64,000 nucleotides of DNA from Lingula anatina (lineage: Eukaryota > Animalia > Brachiopoda), in contig CM120643.1 of the NCBI GenBank assembly GCA_051362555.1, forward strand, positions 1,860,001 to 1,924,000, in the 5' to 3' direction. Numbering within the stretch: position 1 is the stretch's first letter; every line of letters begins with the position of its first letter. The notes under the pieces were generated by a model, which did no database searches, was not told the origin of the DNA, and worked only from the letters and a program-made list of their open reading frames with translations. Made by a program: the position numbers and the translations under genes. Below, in pieces: positions 39,120-52,753 of this stretch.

Positions 39120-39541
39120 TTAATAGATTCCCCGCGGGAATTACACCACAAGCATTTAAGTGGGTCAGCCATATTTGATCCTTATATCTGTAAGTCGGCT
39201 GTTCTGAAAGCTTTCAATGCGAGTGGATTGGCAGTCGATTGCTCTAACCTATCGAGATCCACTTACACCGCTCTCTCCACTGAACCTGCCATAATGATCC
39301 TAATCCATGATAAATGAAAGGGCTGTCAAATTGTAGAAATTATATTATTGTAATTTCCTCCACTTCACTTTACAAGCTGTGTTCTAGGCAGTAGTTCTAG
39401 TGTAATTTCCGTAGTTGGAGTGTCAAGGTGTCCCTGGGTTATACAGTGTTAAGTGGTAGAGGAGTGATCTGGGATGTTGAGAGAAAAGTCATTATTCAGA
39501 CCAATAATGTCATTATTCTGGTCTCCAGTTTAGACTGGTGG

Positions 39542-39588
<47 letters not shown>

Positions 39589-40610
39589 GGTCATTGGGTT
39601 TCTCCTGCATTGATCCGTCTTTTATTGCAGTTTGGTCTAAGCTCATTGCTCTCAGACTTCCGAGGGAAATGTTCTGGTAATTACGGTTATGATTCTGTCA
39701 TTTCAGCTGGAAAAATTGTGAATTTTGCAGATACTGTATTTTTTAAAGTAACAGATTCTTTAAATTAGAACACTCCTGTTGAGTGTTAGCAAGAAAACTG
39801 AAAGGCAGACTACCTTATAGTTCTACTCTATACAGTAAAAACACCAAAATGATACAGAAAATTGTAATTGTAATTCCATAATAATGTATATGAAAAATTG
39901 ATCAGTTTTCCCAGTTGAAATGATTGAGCCATGACCGTATATTGATTACGAAAGAAATAACTTTTGTGTCCTTGCTGGGCAATCAATTTTTGGTAAATTT
40001 GATTCAAGGTTAGTGTCTTGGGTGAAGTGTTTAATATTGGAGGCTGTTTGGCATCAACAGTACAGGGCTATATAGAGGTAGATTCCATGGTTTTCTGGAT
40101 AAAGTGAAAGGGTGAATTTAAAAATACCATATACAGGATTGATATTGCCTTATATCTACTCACTTTGGCAATTATGTCAATTTATTTAGGTTTATTCTTT
40201 TTCTTTTTCTTTAGATGGCTTTTTGCTAGTAACTTTTGAGTAAAGACATAATTCATTCCTTCTCAAAAATTGTTTTTGAACGTGTCGTGATGATGCCCAG
40301 AGTACATGTGTGTCTTTGTTCATAAATTTGCGTATGTATGGCATATTGTTTGATTGGAATTCACGATGGCTTACCAGTTGAACTTGCTGATTCCATGAAC
40401 ATTAGATTTTATTTAACTTATTGTCTGGACAAATTTTATAGCACTTTAATGAAATATTAATTTATTTTTCATTTCAGAGAGTAATCAAGGGCGGGAAGGC
40501 ATCCTCAGTGTGGACAGTCATGTATTGAGACAGCTGTTCACCAGGAATACTTCATCAGAGAGATGTGCCATGACTGGATGTCAGATCCCAGCTCCAACCT
40601 CGTCATTGGA

Positions 40611-40774
40611 AGGGGATTGAGGCCGTCTTCTGGGTCTTCTGGAAGACAGTCAGAATTTTTCAAGTTTGCATTGATGGGTGTCTGATTATTTTGTCGGAAG
40701 ACGGTCAAAAATGGAGGATGGATCAACAAAGACAATTTGGAAGACTGTCAGAAAATATCTCTGGGTCGCCCCTG
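40611..40774. mobile_element. MITE, family A copy 2
   Basis: Shares GTCTTCTGGGTCTTC, GTCGGAAGACGGTCAAAAATGGAGGATG and GCCCCTG with 13137-13305. Confidence 0.75.
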
Positions 40775-41375
40775 TAAAAGATAACCAAGTTTATTTCATG
40801 GAATTTTACTTATTTTTTTATATATTTATTCAGCTCCCACCTGGTAACAGTAGCCTGTGTTTTATGACTTCCTGACACTTTATCCTCTTTGTTTGAATTG
40901 ATGTGTTAATGCTTACATCAAAAAACCATCATATGTACCTGCCTTTATTATTTGTCAAAAATGAAATTAAAAAATTCTGATTGTCATTTTTATCTGAATT
41001 AACTTGTTTAATATTATAACAAGATCAAATATTAGCCAAGTAGCTCATTAGATAGTTTATTTATCATATCAAACTTAAGCAAGTTTTAATGCAGATATCA
41101 TTATTTTTGTTTTACATTTCTGAATATTCAAAACTTGCTATTAATATATTTAAAAAAATGTTTAACAAGTGGATGTTTGAAAACATGAGAATACATCAGT
41201 TTATTTTGCTCCAAATAAAATTTACATTTATATGCAAATCGGCTTGGCGGAACTCGAAGGATGGGGTGGGTGTTCGATTCAAGTACTTGGAACATATTAA
41301 ATATTTTTCCGGAAGGGCTCTTAAAAATTCCCTCTAGTTACTATAAGAAGAAAGTCTACCAGGAGTGGTTGGTTG

Positions 41376-41449
41376 GGAATACTTAGGGGAGTGGAAAGCA
41401 CGCTCGGCTCGGAGGCAGCAGGACTCTAGTTCGATTCCTGGCGCTTCCA
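41376..41449 (+). pseudogene. Degenerate tRNA-like sequence or SINE head
   Basis: A-box-like TAGGGGAGTGG, CTCGGAG loop, B box GTTCGATTCC; stems are poorly paired. Confidence 0.4.
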
Positions 41450-44049
41450 AGCGCCTTACCTTCTGCAAAAATAACGAAAACATTTTGGGCTCTAAGTTAT
41501 TACAAATTAAAATTTAGCAAACAAAAAAGACGGTATATATATGTAATAAAACAAGTCGCAGATTTTATGCACTTTGAACATTGTTTCTAAAAGTCCGAAT
41601 CCTTTGATTTATGAAAAAAAGTATCGTAAAACTGAAAGACTGGCAAGAACTGATAATAGACAAAATGGATTTTGTAACAAATTGGACCGGGCAGCTTTTT
41701 GTCAAAGTTGGCATTAGTGCCTTGTCTTCATCGAATTCCACCAAATTTCAAAAGCATTTCCGTCCAAATTCTGAGCTTGTAACAATTTTAAAAATGTAAA
41801 TAATCTGCCAAAATTTCTTCATGTTTGTAAGTTACCTGGTTGTTTTCCCAATCGATGTTTTTTTTTCACCAAATTCTAAAATAGAGATCATGGATGGCGT
41901 AACTGTGGATGAAAATTTACATTTGAAAAGCAAATTGGGAGCGACATAAAGACATGGACGGTTTACAAGATTATCCAAATTCAGAGTAAAATACGAACAA
42001 AACGGAAAGGGTTTCGCAAAAATCAGTGTACTTGAAGTGACTTCACATTCACTTTAAATTAACTCTGGTTCTCGGTATTCATTGATGACACCAAGCACAA
42101 GTAACACAACATGGGCATGCAGGACTGATGTCTAACCAAGCCTGTCTTTCTAAATTTCCCCTTGCTCCCGAAATAATTAAAATTTAAAGGGAATACAGAA
42201 CAACTTTAATAAAAACGCTCCTCTGCACATTTTAGTATTAAGGTTTACATACACTACGGTAGAATATTGATTTTGCCATTTACACAAAATCCTTTGAAAT
42301 AGCATTTTCAGATGATAGTTCCGTAAAATTATAAAAATAACTGACCAAACTGTTAGAATGGACTTAAGTATAACAGATAAAATAATAAATCTTATAATCT
42401 AATTAAAAAAATCTATACATTTTATTTAGGAATTATTAAGTGTGCACTATTTTTTGAGAAAAATTGACAAAAGTTGACGATCTAAAATTCCAATGAATCC
42501 TTTCAGAATACTCATTACCTCCCGAAAATTGTGCAGTCCTACAGAAACATTTTAATGGACAAACAATATCTAAATGAAGTCCATTTGCCGTTTTTGTTTT
42601 TCTACACTTGTTTTGTAACTCAGGTTCTAAACGGCGTATAAATGATCCCAATCCTTGGAATTCTTTATAGAAAACTATAGGAACAGTTTTCTTATCATAT
42701 ACGCAGGAAAGATCTCCATTCTACTAGTGCAATATTAAATTTATTTTTATTTCGGATGGCAATCTTTACCCCGCCCCATGGTTTAACTTTGTCTCAAAAA
42801 CAGACATTTGATCCCCGCCCAGTACTGAAAACACCGAGAACCAGAGGGAAGTTAATTCCCAGCCACAGTGCCATATTTATAATTGTTAAAAGATCCTTAT
42901 ATACCGTAGTACATGTGGACAATTCTGCAGCAACGTGGGCACATTTTGCCGTTACATGAAGTTGGGATTTTTAAGGCGTTATACGTTTTATTTTCAGTGT
43001 TTTTTTAGATTTACATCTCCTCATAACAGGACGGGTATCTACCCCGACACAAAAAGCACACATAAATTACCCTCATTACACCATTATCAGATAGAGCACT
43101 GTACAACGACATAGTAACATACAATTGCCAAAAGAAGCGAACCAGCATCATGCAGGGCGGACGCCTAGTATGAATTTAATTTCTATAAGATGTTTCACAA
43201 ATAAAAAGCTCATTTCATTCGACTTTTAATTTGATTTACGTTTTGGTGCAGAATGTTACAAGCAAAGGCAAACAACATTCCGCACTAAATGTCATCCCTG
43301 CAAATTAACGTCGGCATAGTAAGCAATCTTAGCATGGGTGTGGGGCTGTATGTGTCGAACACGAAACGTGTCTCTGAGTAGGACGCTTCTGGTATCTTCG
43401 TAAAGGGTACTTAGAGTCACTGGAATTAAAGGAATAAATTCACATCCATGAAACGATGTCTAAAGATCCGATAAAGCAATACATGTTCATTACAGCAATG
43501 CGTCTCAGTATCCTTTGCGTTATGATTAACGAATTGCAATTAAGCTTTAAAATTATACAAATTACATATTTATATTTAACCCTCATGGAAAGCTGAGGGT
43601 TATCAGAAACAAAAGGGTGCCCAAAAGGCACTGAGGGAAAACTAAGAGAAAGTATCCTTCACGTCAGTTAGATGTCTCCATGGTCATTATGCCTAGAGTG
43701 CACTATTTAGGGAAAATGTCGTCAATGCAAAACTAAGAAATGCTACAATACATTTTCTATCATCTGTACGGAACTTACGAGATACTTCTGCCGGTTTCAG
43801 TGCCATCTTTTCGGCCTACATGTGACAGTAGCAGTAATATGGCTTATGGGACATCCTTCCTCTCTATCTTCTACTGACCTTGGTCCTATCTGAGCACCTC
43901 TCACGAAAACGCTCACCTGATTTACATAATGATGTAGAGGTCACCTACTTTCCGTGTGGACGCTTCGGTTCGAATTATCGTCTGGTTATGAGAAGGCACA
44001 ATAAGTTTCCATTTGGAAAAGAGGATTAGGGGTTGATAAAATCATAATG

Positions 44050-44086
<37 letters not shown>

Positions 44087-46762
44087 AAAAATAATAAAAA
44101 AATAAAAACAAAGTCAACATACTTGTTATTGCGCGACAGGGCATGTAAATCAACTTTCATAGGTCGAATGAACAAACTGAGGAGGAATTGTGATAGAAAA
44201 GACAAGGTTTCATTCAATCTCACGGTACAGCGAAACCTTATGGTTAATGAATTCTTTCTTTGTTTCTACGTCTTGAAACACAGATGGTTAATTGAATTGT
44301 CTTGTATGTAACATCCATAGGTAATTTTCCATAATCAAATTTTACAGAATGAATATTTTAACTGTCAGATTCTGGTTGCCAAAATCGTTTTTGAAATACG
44401 TTTTGGCTCTGAAATTACAATAGCCGCATGGAAATGGCATTTTAACGCGAAGTGAAATCCCAAAGTATGGAAGTCATCGCTGGCTTGCCTGAAGCATGGG
44501 TGGCGTAAAGTGTATAAACGCCTGGTAATCATAAATTGATTTTCAACAGAAAAATGATTCTTGACAATTAATGAATTGCTTATGGCACCTAGAATATTAG
44601 CACAAAATCCCACGTATATTTTTTTAATGAAACCTTGGACGGAAGACTGGAAGCATAAAGGTAGAGCATTCTAGATCTATTGTTTCAGGCGTAGGCCGTT
44701 CAAATCGTAGCCCAGTCAAGATAAAGGTCATTGCAAATTGTCGCGACAAATTTCGTTTTTATCGTACTTTATTAACAAATGACTTATCCTTTGATCTTTG
44801 CTGGGGCGACGCTGGAAATAATGATTTACTTTAATAAAGCCACGGCGGAACATGTAGCACAAGTAAGGCAAATCAGTTCTCTACGGGGAATCCGCAGCGA
44901 TAGTTCACTCAAGGATATTGGCTGCTCTTTGATGAAGCAAATGGCAATTGCGAGCTTGTTTCTGGGTTCCTCAATACTTTTTCAAGGCCGGCGCACACTT
45001 TGGTCTACAGCTATCCTGAGCTATCCTTTCCGTGGGGTTTGTGCTGGTGTGTCTGCTCTTGGACGATTGGTTTTATTCACCCGAGGTCTACTTAAGAAAC
45101 ATATCGAGATAGGACTTTGTTTCAAGCTTCTGAAGGTCGTGCACTGATGAAAAAAGCACAGCTGCCGGCCTTGGGAGTTCGTTGGCTGAGGTCGTAATCC
45201 ACCGTGTGCGTCGCGCTTATTCCAGAGTTCTTGTGAAACGCCCACTGGTATATGACGATGTAGTGTCATGATCTGGAAAAAGCTTCGGTTGGAGAATTGG
45301 CTTTGAAAAGTATATTTATAAGAGCGACAAAAGTTTTTATTTCAAAGGATATTTGATGCCAGACTTTCTGATTTTTTGACGTCTTCTTGAGTCCCCACTT
45401 CCACGTACATGGTTGGTTTAGGATGTGATATTGTTTCAAATCTTGTTTCAAATCTTGGTGATATATGCATTTTCAATTAACTGAAAAAGATATTATCCAA
45501 AAACGAAAAATAAAAAATAAGAAAAATAAAACTATTGATGTAATGTTTGCCTAATGTACTGGTAAAATACACGGGACGATTTTCAAGTTTTAAAATTAGG
45601 TAAAATCGGATTGATATGCATTCACTGAGTTAATCAAGAAACAACTTAATTCCGTGATCACACACAAAAGTTATTAACAAGGAAAAGAAAAAAATTAATT
45701 TCAAAAATTACCTTTAAAATGAGAAGGGATAAATTCATCAATGTTTTTGAAAAAGTTAATATGGCGGAGTTGGCATTGTTCTTTGAGAGAAATTTATCAA
45801 AAGAGTAATCGAAATCTCGAAATGCAGTATTTCGTGTCGGAGAGAATCCTTTTTGCATTCTAGCGATTAAGTTTTTTTTTATTAAACAAAGCTGTCTACT
45901 AGGATGAGGCACCATAATGTTTTTTTGATTCATCTAAAACGGGGCAATAGACAATAGAAATCAGTTGTGAGAACATTAGTGATAGTGAACGAGTTGTTCT
46001 ATCCATTAAAACCCACTATTACTAAGTCATAAGTATTGTATACCACGTGTCAAATGGTCATCAGATATACTTGACAACCTTGTAAACAGTTTGTTATTAG
46101 AATTGAAGTAAAGATTGACGCCGTTATGACGTCAGCGCGGGGCATTTGCCACGTGAAAATCCCCGATAATCGCAAAACCTTTTTAATGAGATGTGCCTTT
46201 TGGTAGAATTCCAAAATTTCCATTTGCCTTTATGTTGCTTATATATAACAAATGAAAAGTTAAGCACGATATAATGTTTTTCATATGAGGTTCACGGATA
46301 TTAGAAACGTAAACGCACACACATGTACTTAGAGAATATTGAGATTTTGCGGAATTATACGCGATTATCTTTACTGTTAAACTGGTCTACTGATATCCCC
46401 AATGTAAGAAATCGATAGCCTTGTTGAGGGATATAGACCTCACTAAAGAGAAAGACCAATTGAAAAGCAGTTCAGTATCTTCTTGACATTTAGAAAAAAT
46501 AATATCTTCATTTCTTTCTTTTATGATATGTTACGCAGATTTCATCCAACAGACGCAAACTTGACGTAAACGGAAGAGTGAGACCATGGAAGTACCATAT
46601 TTCCATAGTGAGATCAAACGAAAGTGCAATGGCCTTTTTCATCGTAAGCCGCATACACTGTCCGAAGCCTTAAAGTTTTAATAACTCAAAAACGCCATTT
46701 TCTGCTTCACGCGCGGTCGTTATCTCCCTAATTCCTGATAAACATACATGTACACTCTGTCA

Positions 46763-46765
<3 letters not shown>

Positions 46766-46812
<47 letters not shown>

Positions 46813-46878
46813 GTGATCGTACGTACGCGTAACAGCCATGCACATTCTCTCCAAATTTATCATTCACACAGCAGGACG

Positions 46879-46923
<45 letters not shown>

Positions 46924-46924
46924 G

Positions 46925-46959
<35 letters not shown>
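46766..46959. repeat. (CT)n and (CA)n microsatellites
   Basis: Directly visible; others at ~44051-44085, 48750-48839, 50143-50175 (TAAA), 60280-60319, 62143-62170. Confidence 0.95.
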
Positions 46960-46962
<3 letters not shown>

Positions 46963-47269
46963 TCATCTCCCTTATGGACGGCTCCTCTCAAAGTCCTGTC
47001 TGTTGAATATTTTACCCTCACATTTGACGTAAAACTGGATCATAATAAAATCTAAAATCTATTACAGCAATTTTCTTTGATTACGATTACAGACGATGGC
47101 CTCAGAAAACCTTTGCAGATAGCACACTTCAGCTTATCATAAATTGACGCAGCTAACGTCTTTTTCCTTTGCCTTAACATAGCCGAGTCTATAAACCAAA
47201 ATTACCGGTTCAATAAATCGACATAATTCTAATGAGTGTCATTACTCCCTGTTCGCCTCCGTTATTTCT

Positions 47270-47860
47270 GTAAGGGTTCAATCTTGTTACATTTATGTCT
47301 GATGTCCTCTAATAGATCTGTGGGCAAAGCATTACTCTGGGAGAGGCGCTGGTACAACAATCTAAAATAAATGTTTAAAATGTCTAAAATAAGTTTTCCT
47401 AATAGCTGAAATGATGATAATGAGAATGAGTGTTCATTTTGCATGTCTTTTTTTTTTTAATTCAACTTAAAGAGACATTTTCTAAATGTGGCGTCTCGAC
47501 GCTGGTTCTATACTTGGACTCCCTCCAAAAGAATCCTGCACTGTGTCCATATTCTCCTGCGATCTTGCTGTCAACTTTCGGTCACTTGTTGATGGTTTTC
47601 CTATCTTAATGGTGTTCATCCATGTTCCTGTGTGCTCAAATTTCTTTTCCAGGATGGATAATTTGGAACTTATAAGAAACTTATTGAAATTCAACCTGCC
47701 GCGGCATCTCATCAGTACTGTTTTCAGCTGCAGCATTACACAAAGTGTTATATCTTCGGTTGAGCATGTCATTTCCTCGGATGATTTAAAAATGCTGTTC
47801 TATTAACCCCGAAAAAATAAAATGAAATTAAATGGTTCACATTTAAATTGAAAACCCCTG
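47270..47860 (-). mobile_element. Tc1/mariner-like transposon fragment
   Basis: TA|CAGGGGTTTTCAATTTAAATG end on the minus strand; ORF remnant KKFEHTGT...TARSQENMDTVQDS..SP resembles the N-terminal HTH of mariner-like transposases. Left boundary is approximate. Confidence 0.6.
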
Positions 47861-48772
47861 TACAGCTAGGACACATGGTAATAGTCTTTGTTAAAAATAA
47901 AACAAAAAATAGACTTGGTGCAAGTATTTATTTATCTTTTTTTTTGTTTTGTTTCTTTCTCGCTTGAGAATATTGTGCATCCCTTAGAGTTCGAACACGT
48001 GACCTGAGAGGGGGCTGCGTTCTCCAAAGTTTAAAAAGTTTTACCTAGTATACTAGACGGCCTCTGTAGCTGGCATCACCCGTGCAGTAGATTGAATGGT
48101 CTCTATTCGCAAACTTCTCAAATATTCGGAGAAACGTCAATAGTTTAAATGAAGTCTTCTTTCTTTTGTTTTGTCTCCCTCTCTCCGCTTTTTTTTTTTT
48201 TAACTTTTCTCTCTTTAGGCGTTTTAAAGCGCCAGAATATACACATATCCTTTGTATTGTTCTTTCCTTGTTACACCAAGCGTCTTAATATGAAGTCACA
48301 ACTGTCTGCATTATTTGTTTAACACTATGACCCCACTTAAACAGCGTCTATTTCTGTCCCTTCTGCCGCCCTCTTCCCGCGTGTTCCTTAATAACCTAAG
48401 ACAAGTCAATCACTTAAGATGAGAGTAACGCTTGCAATTCTCATCAAACTGTAATTTCCAACACGCTCGAGGTCCGTCGTAATGATTTCTCTTTGATGAG
48501 GAACCCGTGTTTGCTTTGGGCGGCTTCTCGAACTTTAATTTTTTCAGTAAACAGACGGTCGTCTTCAGTTATGTTGCAGAGAGTGCACAGGATGGGCGCA
48601 CTTACCTGAAGATGGGGGTTATTTCCAATGACAGACAAGTGACGGAATGGACAGATGTAAAAGCAGGATTGAAACTGCAAGTGCAATTTTTTCAACAGGC
48701 TGTATAACATTTTAATAGACCGGGAGATGAAAGGTTTTCTTCTCTGAATTTCTCTCTCTCTCACTCACTCTC

Positions 48773-48823
<51 letters not shown>

Positions 48824-50142
48824 CTCTCTCTCTCTCTCTTATTTGATCACTATGTCTAGTGGCAATGCCTAACCATTTATTTATCATCCTCTTTTTCTTC
48901 CCCATATTTTGCCGCTAGTTCTGATATGCGGTTTATAAGAACAGATAGCTGCTGCACCCCGCCATATGTGGTATTTACTCCTTGGTTTCTGACGCATTGC
49001 CAGAACAGAGGGTTGTTTACAGGACATTTATCTCAAGTTAACAGATAGAGGGCGCACTCAGACACGTGGTGAGACCAAGACCGGTTTGGGTCTAGATTGA
49101 ATCATCAGACTGGATTACCTGACCAATACATCAGTTGTTTTTATTTCCCAGAGAGTACGTTTCAGTACCTCCATTCATCCCCCCATCCCCCCCCCCCAAG
49201 CTGGACCTACAGATTTTCGACGCCGCCAACAAAAATTTCGCTATTTTGAACAGAGAACGGTTTAAGGCAAATAAACTTCTGATACATTACTGTTGCGGTC
49301 TGGTCTAAGTCTGAGCACACAATGTTGGTAAATGTTTTTTGGCTTCGACTCATGTCTTAGCCATTAGGGATGATATCTGGTAAGTTGTGATAACGTTACT
49401 CATCAAGCCACTGCAAAGACCTTTTTCATCTTCTTTCTTCCTTTTCATGAAATGCTTTGAATACAATTCTTGAAATTCCAAGATTGTTCTTCACTCATGC
49501 CGTCCCATTGCTGTCCATTTTCTAGTTCTCTCTTTTACTTTATACAGAAAGCATAATTTGGTTCAGTCGCATTGCCAGGTGTGGCTTTGAACACGAAGCG
49601 TTTTGATTCTGTCTGAACGCACAGGTAAATGCTTTTCCTTCGACTCATCGCTTCAGAATCAAGGTAGTTTTTCTTGTTTGTAATTTTGAAGATATGTTCC
49701 CTTTCATTCTTCGTTACACATCCACATAATCTTTTTTTCTTACTCGTAGAATGTTTTAATTTGAACTCAATGTTTGAAATTCCAGTACTGTGCGCCATAT
49801 TTTCAAGGCTTTCTGTTTTCTGATTCTCGCTGTTCACTGTTTTTACAGAAAGCTTAATTAAGCTAATCGTCCGTTTTGTTAGACAACATTGTTATTCTCT
49901 CTTCTGCTGCTGATTATCATTGTTGTCTTATTAGAAGAACTAATGTATTGTTCAGAACTACTGACGAATGCGTTGCTAGTAAGCTTTTTCTGGTATTTTA
50001 GTTACACAAATATTAACCGAACCAAATGTTATTTTTCGTCTTGATAATTGTGTTGATGTTATTAACTATGATTCAATGATTGAAATTGATATTGAGTTTC
50101 ATGATCACCACAAGAACAACTTGGCTACTTTCAGGACAATGA

Positions 50143-50173
<31 letters not shown>

Positions 50174-52600
50174 ATATTCAAACAGGATAAAAAGTGATTA
50201 AAATATAATAGAAAAAATTAATTAAAATAACAATACTGCTCTAGAATGCAGACAGTCACTTTAACTTTTTTTCTAAAATTCCCCAGGTCTGGAGGACATT
50301 TACAGATCTGGGATGGCAAGATTTTCCAGTAATTATTTACCTCAGACTACCAGCGGTGGAGAACATATTTGTACCACCTGGAGCTATTTTGCCGACAACA
50401 TACAGGTGCGGAGAAAAAATGGTACAGATATTTCCCCCATGCTTACGTCAGTTTCGGCAAATCAGATAGGAATCAGCACAAAAAACGTGGATTAAGAAGC
50501 CCTGTAAAAGCAAGCACCAGAGAAAATAAATAGAAGATTGAACTCTACCGAAAGTATGTAAATATTTAGCTACCCGAGCAATTCAAGAGAGATCTAGTTT
50601 ATCGTAACCCAGTATGCCTCTTCGAGATAAAAAAAGAAAGATAACGAATGCAGAATGTGAATGGCAGTTCAAATCTTATCTACGTCACAATGACGTCATA
50701 AGGGCCAAACGAAAGGCAAAAGCTATTAATGCAGCATAGTTTCTAACGTTCATGTGTTGCTTTGCACTCAGCGGTTTCCTTTTATCTTTCCTCTTGCTTT
50801 GCAGGGGGTTATCCAACATTATTTCTTTTTTTCTACCGTGCAAGACGATTGGCGTATTTTACGTAATGAAGCCATCACACGCGGTTAGTTTTACGGGATT
50901 AAAGATAAGGTGGCACCAAAAAATGATTATATGTATATAGCTTATTCACAGCAATGATTGCAATTCATTGTTAGTAAAACGTGATTACTTTACAATTATG
51001 TCTCAGCAACTGATTTTCAACAAAGCTGTTGTATAAGAAAGGGTGTTTTTGTTCAAACAAAATGTCAGCGAGAATTAATATTGTCTGTGATCATCTGTCT
51101 CTCGAGTTTTCAAGTCAGGGACCTTCTGAAAGTTTTGAAGATCAGATTTTTACACTTATTTTGAGCTGAGTGATTTTGTTTTAGGATGTGCCTATTTATT
51201 TTGTGTATAGATGCAATTTTCACGCGGTTTCAATTCAGCTTAGGAGAGAAATATGCACATTTATCAGCGTATGGACAGACATGATTTTAAATTAAACTGA
51301 CACTACGAGGACAGTGCAGCGATCTTTCCACAAGTACTGAATAAATTACCAAAGACCGACTCGTCTCCACTGCGGCTGAAATGGAGCAAACCGCAGTCGA
51401 TCTAGTTCATATCCATCTTTCATTCAATATAATTCGTGTCTCTCCTGTAATCTAATTTTCCGTGCAATCTTGTCATCCCAGAAGTGATAAACGCGCTCGT
51501 TGTATTTATCGAGATCTATTCCGAGCACGCGTGGGACTAGTGTCAATAATGCAGGCAAAGACAATAGTGCTCTAAGCAGACCCGCGGGACGCGCCAGTCA
51601 AAATATATCAGCCACACATGCCAATATTTTTGGGAAAGTGAGACATAAGCGTTCCAATCAATTTTCAGTTGGTGCTGACGTTTTCGTTTTACTTCATTTC
51701 CGAATTGAGTCGGACTGATATAATTTGATTTGGTTGCTTCTATCATGGAGCATTTCGTGTTTATATCAGTCATTTTCACACTGACTTTCAGAGAATTCTG
51801 ACCACTTAGTTGCAATATCAGTAAATGGAAATTGAAAGTACTACCAGGGTTTCTTGGTATACGGTAGTCTTGGAAACTTGGGGAGATATTTTTTGGAAAG
51901 CAAAACATTGACTCATTTGAAGTCGGATTTGCCTGCGCTGGAAAATACATGCATTAGGAAACGAGTTCGATTACTTTAATCTTATTATTCAATGTTTTGT
52001 CAATATTTTGGGAAGTGAACCATGTAAAGTGGACAAGTGACAGCGAGATGTTGTCACCAGTAACAAAACAGTGTGTGACCTTCATACTAAAGGACGAACC
52101 TGTCAATAGACATCAGCAGTTAAGGTCAGTTTCATTTCAAAAAGAAAAATGAAATCGACACTTATCTAGAGTCTGACAGAGTTTTTCTATATCTGGTATG
52201 TCAGATGACTACAGGCGAACATCGTTCAATAAAAACCTCTCCTTCGATGCAAATTTGTTGAAAACGAAACTCCTAATATTCTCTGGCTATCGATCTGGTC
52301 CGCTCTAAGGGCAGCATTCTTTTATTCCTGCGCCGTAACTTACTTCAAACCCAATTTTACTTAACAAATTGCATCCTATTTATCTAATCCTCTCTCTTAT
52401 ATCCAGTCTTAAAGATTATCCCCCGAGATACGGCCAATTTCACCACTTTGGTAACCTTGATATGCACTTACAAGACTTAAAGCGATGGATATCAAAACTG
52501 TGTCATAGCATTCTCAGACCACCTGGTCCGCTTTTAGCCTGATACAAAGTTATTCCTATACTACCATTCTGTATAATATTTACCCATAAGGGTACCATGA

Positions 52601-52753
52601 CGGTACCATCCCGTGATATCGGATGGTGTCTGGTCATGGTACCCTGTGTGGTACCTTCCCGTGGTATCAGATGGTACCTGGCCATGGTACCCTGTGTGGT
52701 ACCTTCCCGTGATATCAGATAGTACCTGGTCATGGTACCCTGTGTGGTACCTT
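52601..52753. repeat. 48-bp tandem repeat x3 with a 12-bp GGTACC substructure
   Basis: TGGTACCTTCCCGTGATATCAGATGGTACCTGGTCATGGTACCCTGTG units. Confidence 0.9.

Larger units (their letters stand above)
35384..39190. mobile_element. Small MITE with TAA target duplication, split by a nested insertion
   Basis: TIRs CAGATCCAGGGATCAAATATGGCGACCCACT / AGTGGGTCAGCCATATTTGATCCTTATATCTG, with TAA on both flanks (35381-35383 and 39191-39193). Confidence 0.75.
33850..40975 (+). ncRNA. Possible spliced non-coding transcript
   Basis: Purine-rich exon-like blocks with splice signals at ~33850-33893, 34683-34791, 35069-35145, last exon from ~40478, ATTAAA near 40965; no ORF. Confidence 0.3.

Noticed and set aside
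39240-39255. Telomerase RNA template (CTAACCTA)
   Set aside because: Does not match the CTAACCCT template expected for TTAGGG, and no supporting structure was seen.
44779-45269. Overlapping 122-aa and 82-aa ORFs
   Set aside because: No recognisable motif or splice structure; possibly a decayed repeat.
49300-49837. Transposase-like Cys/basic remnant
   Set aside because: Only a vague resemblance, many stops and no termini found.
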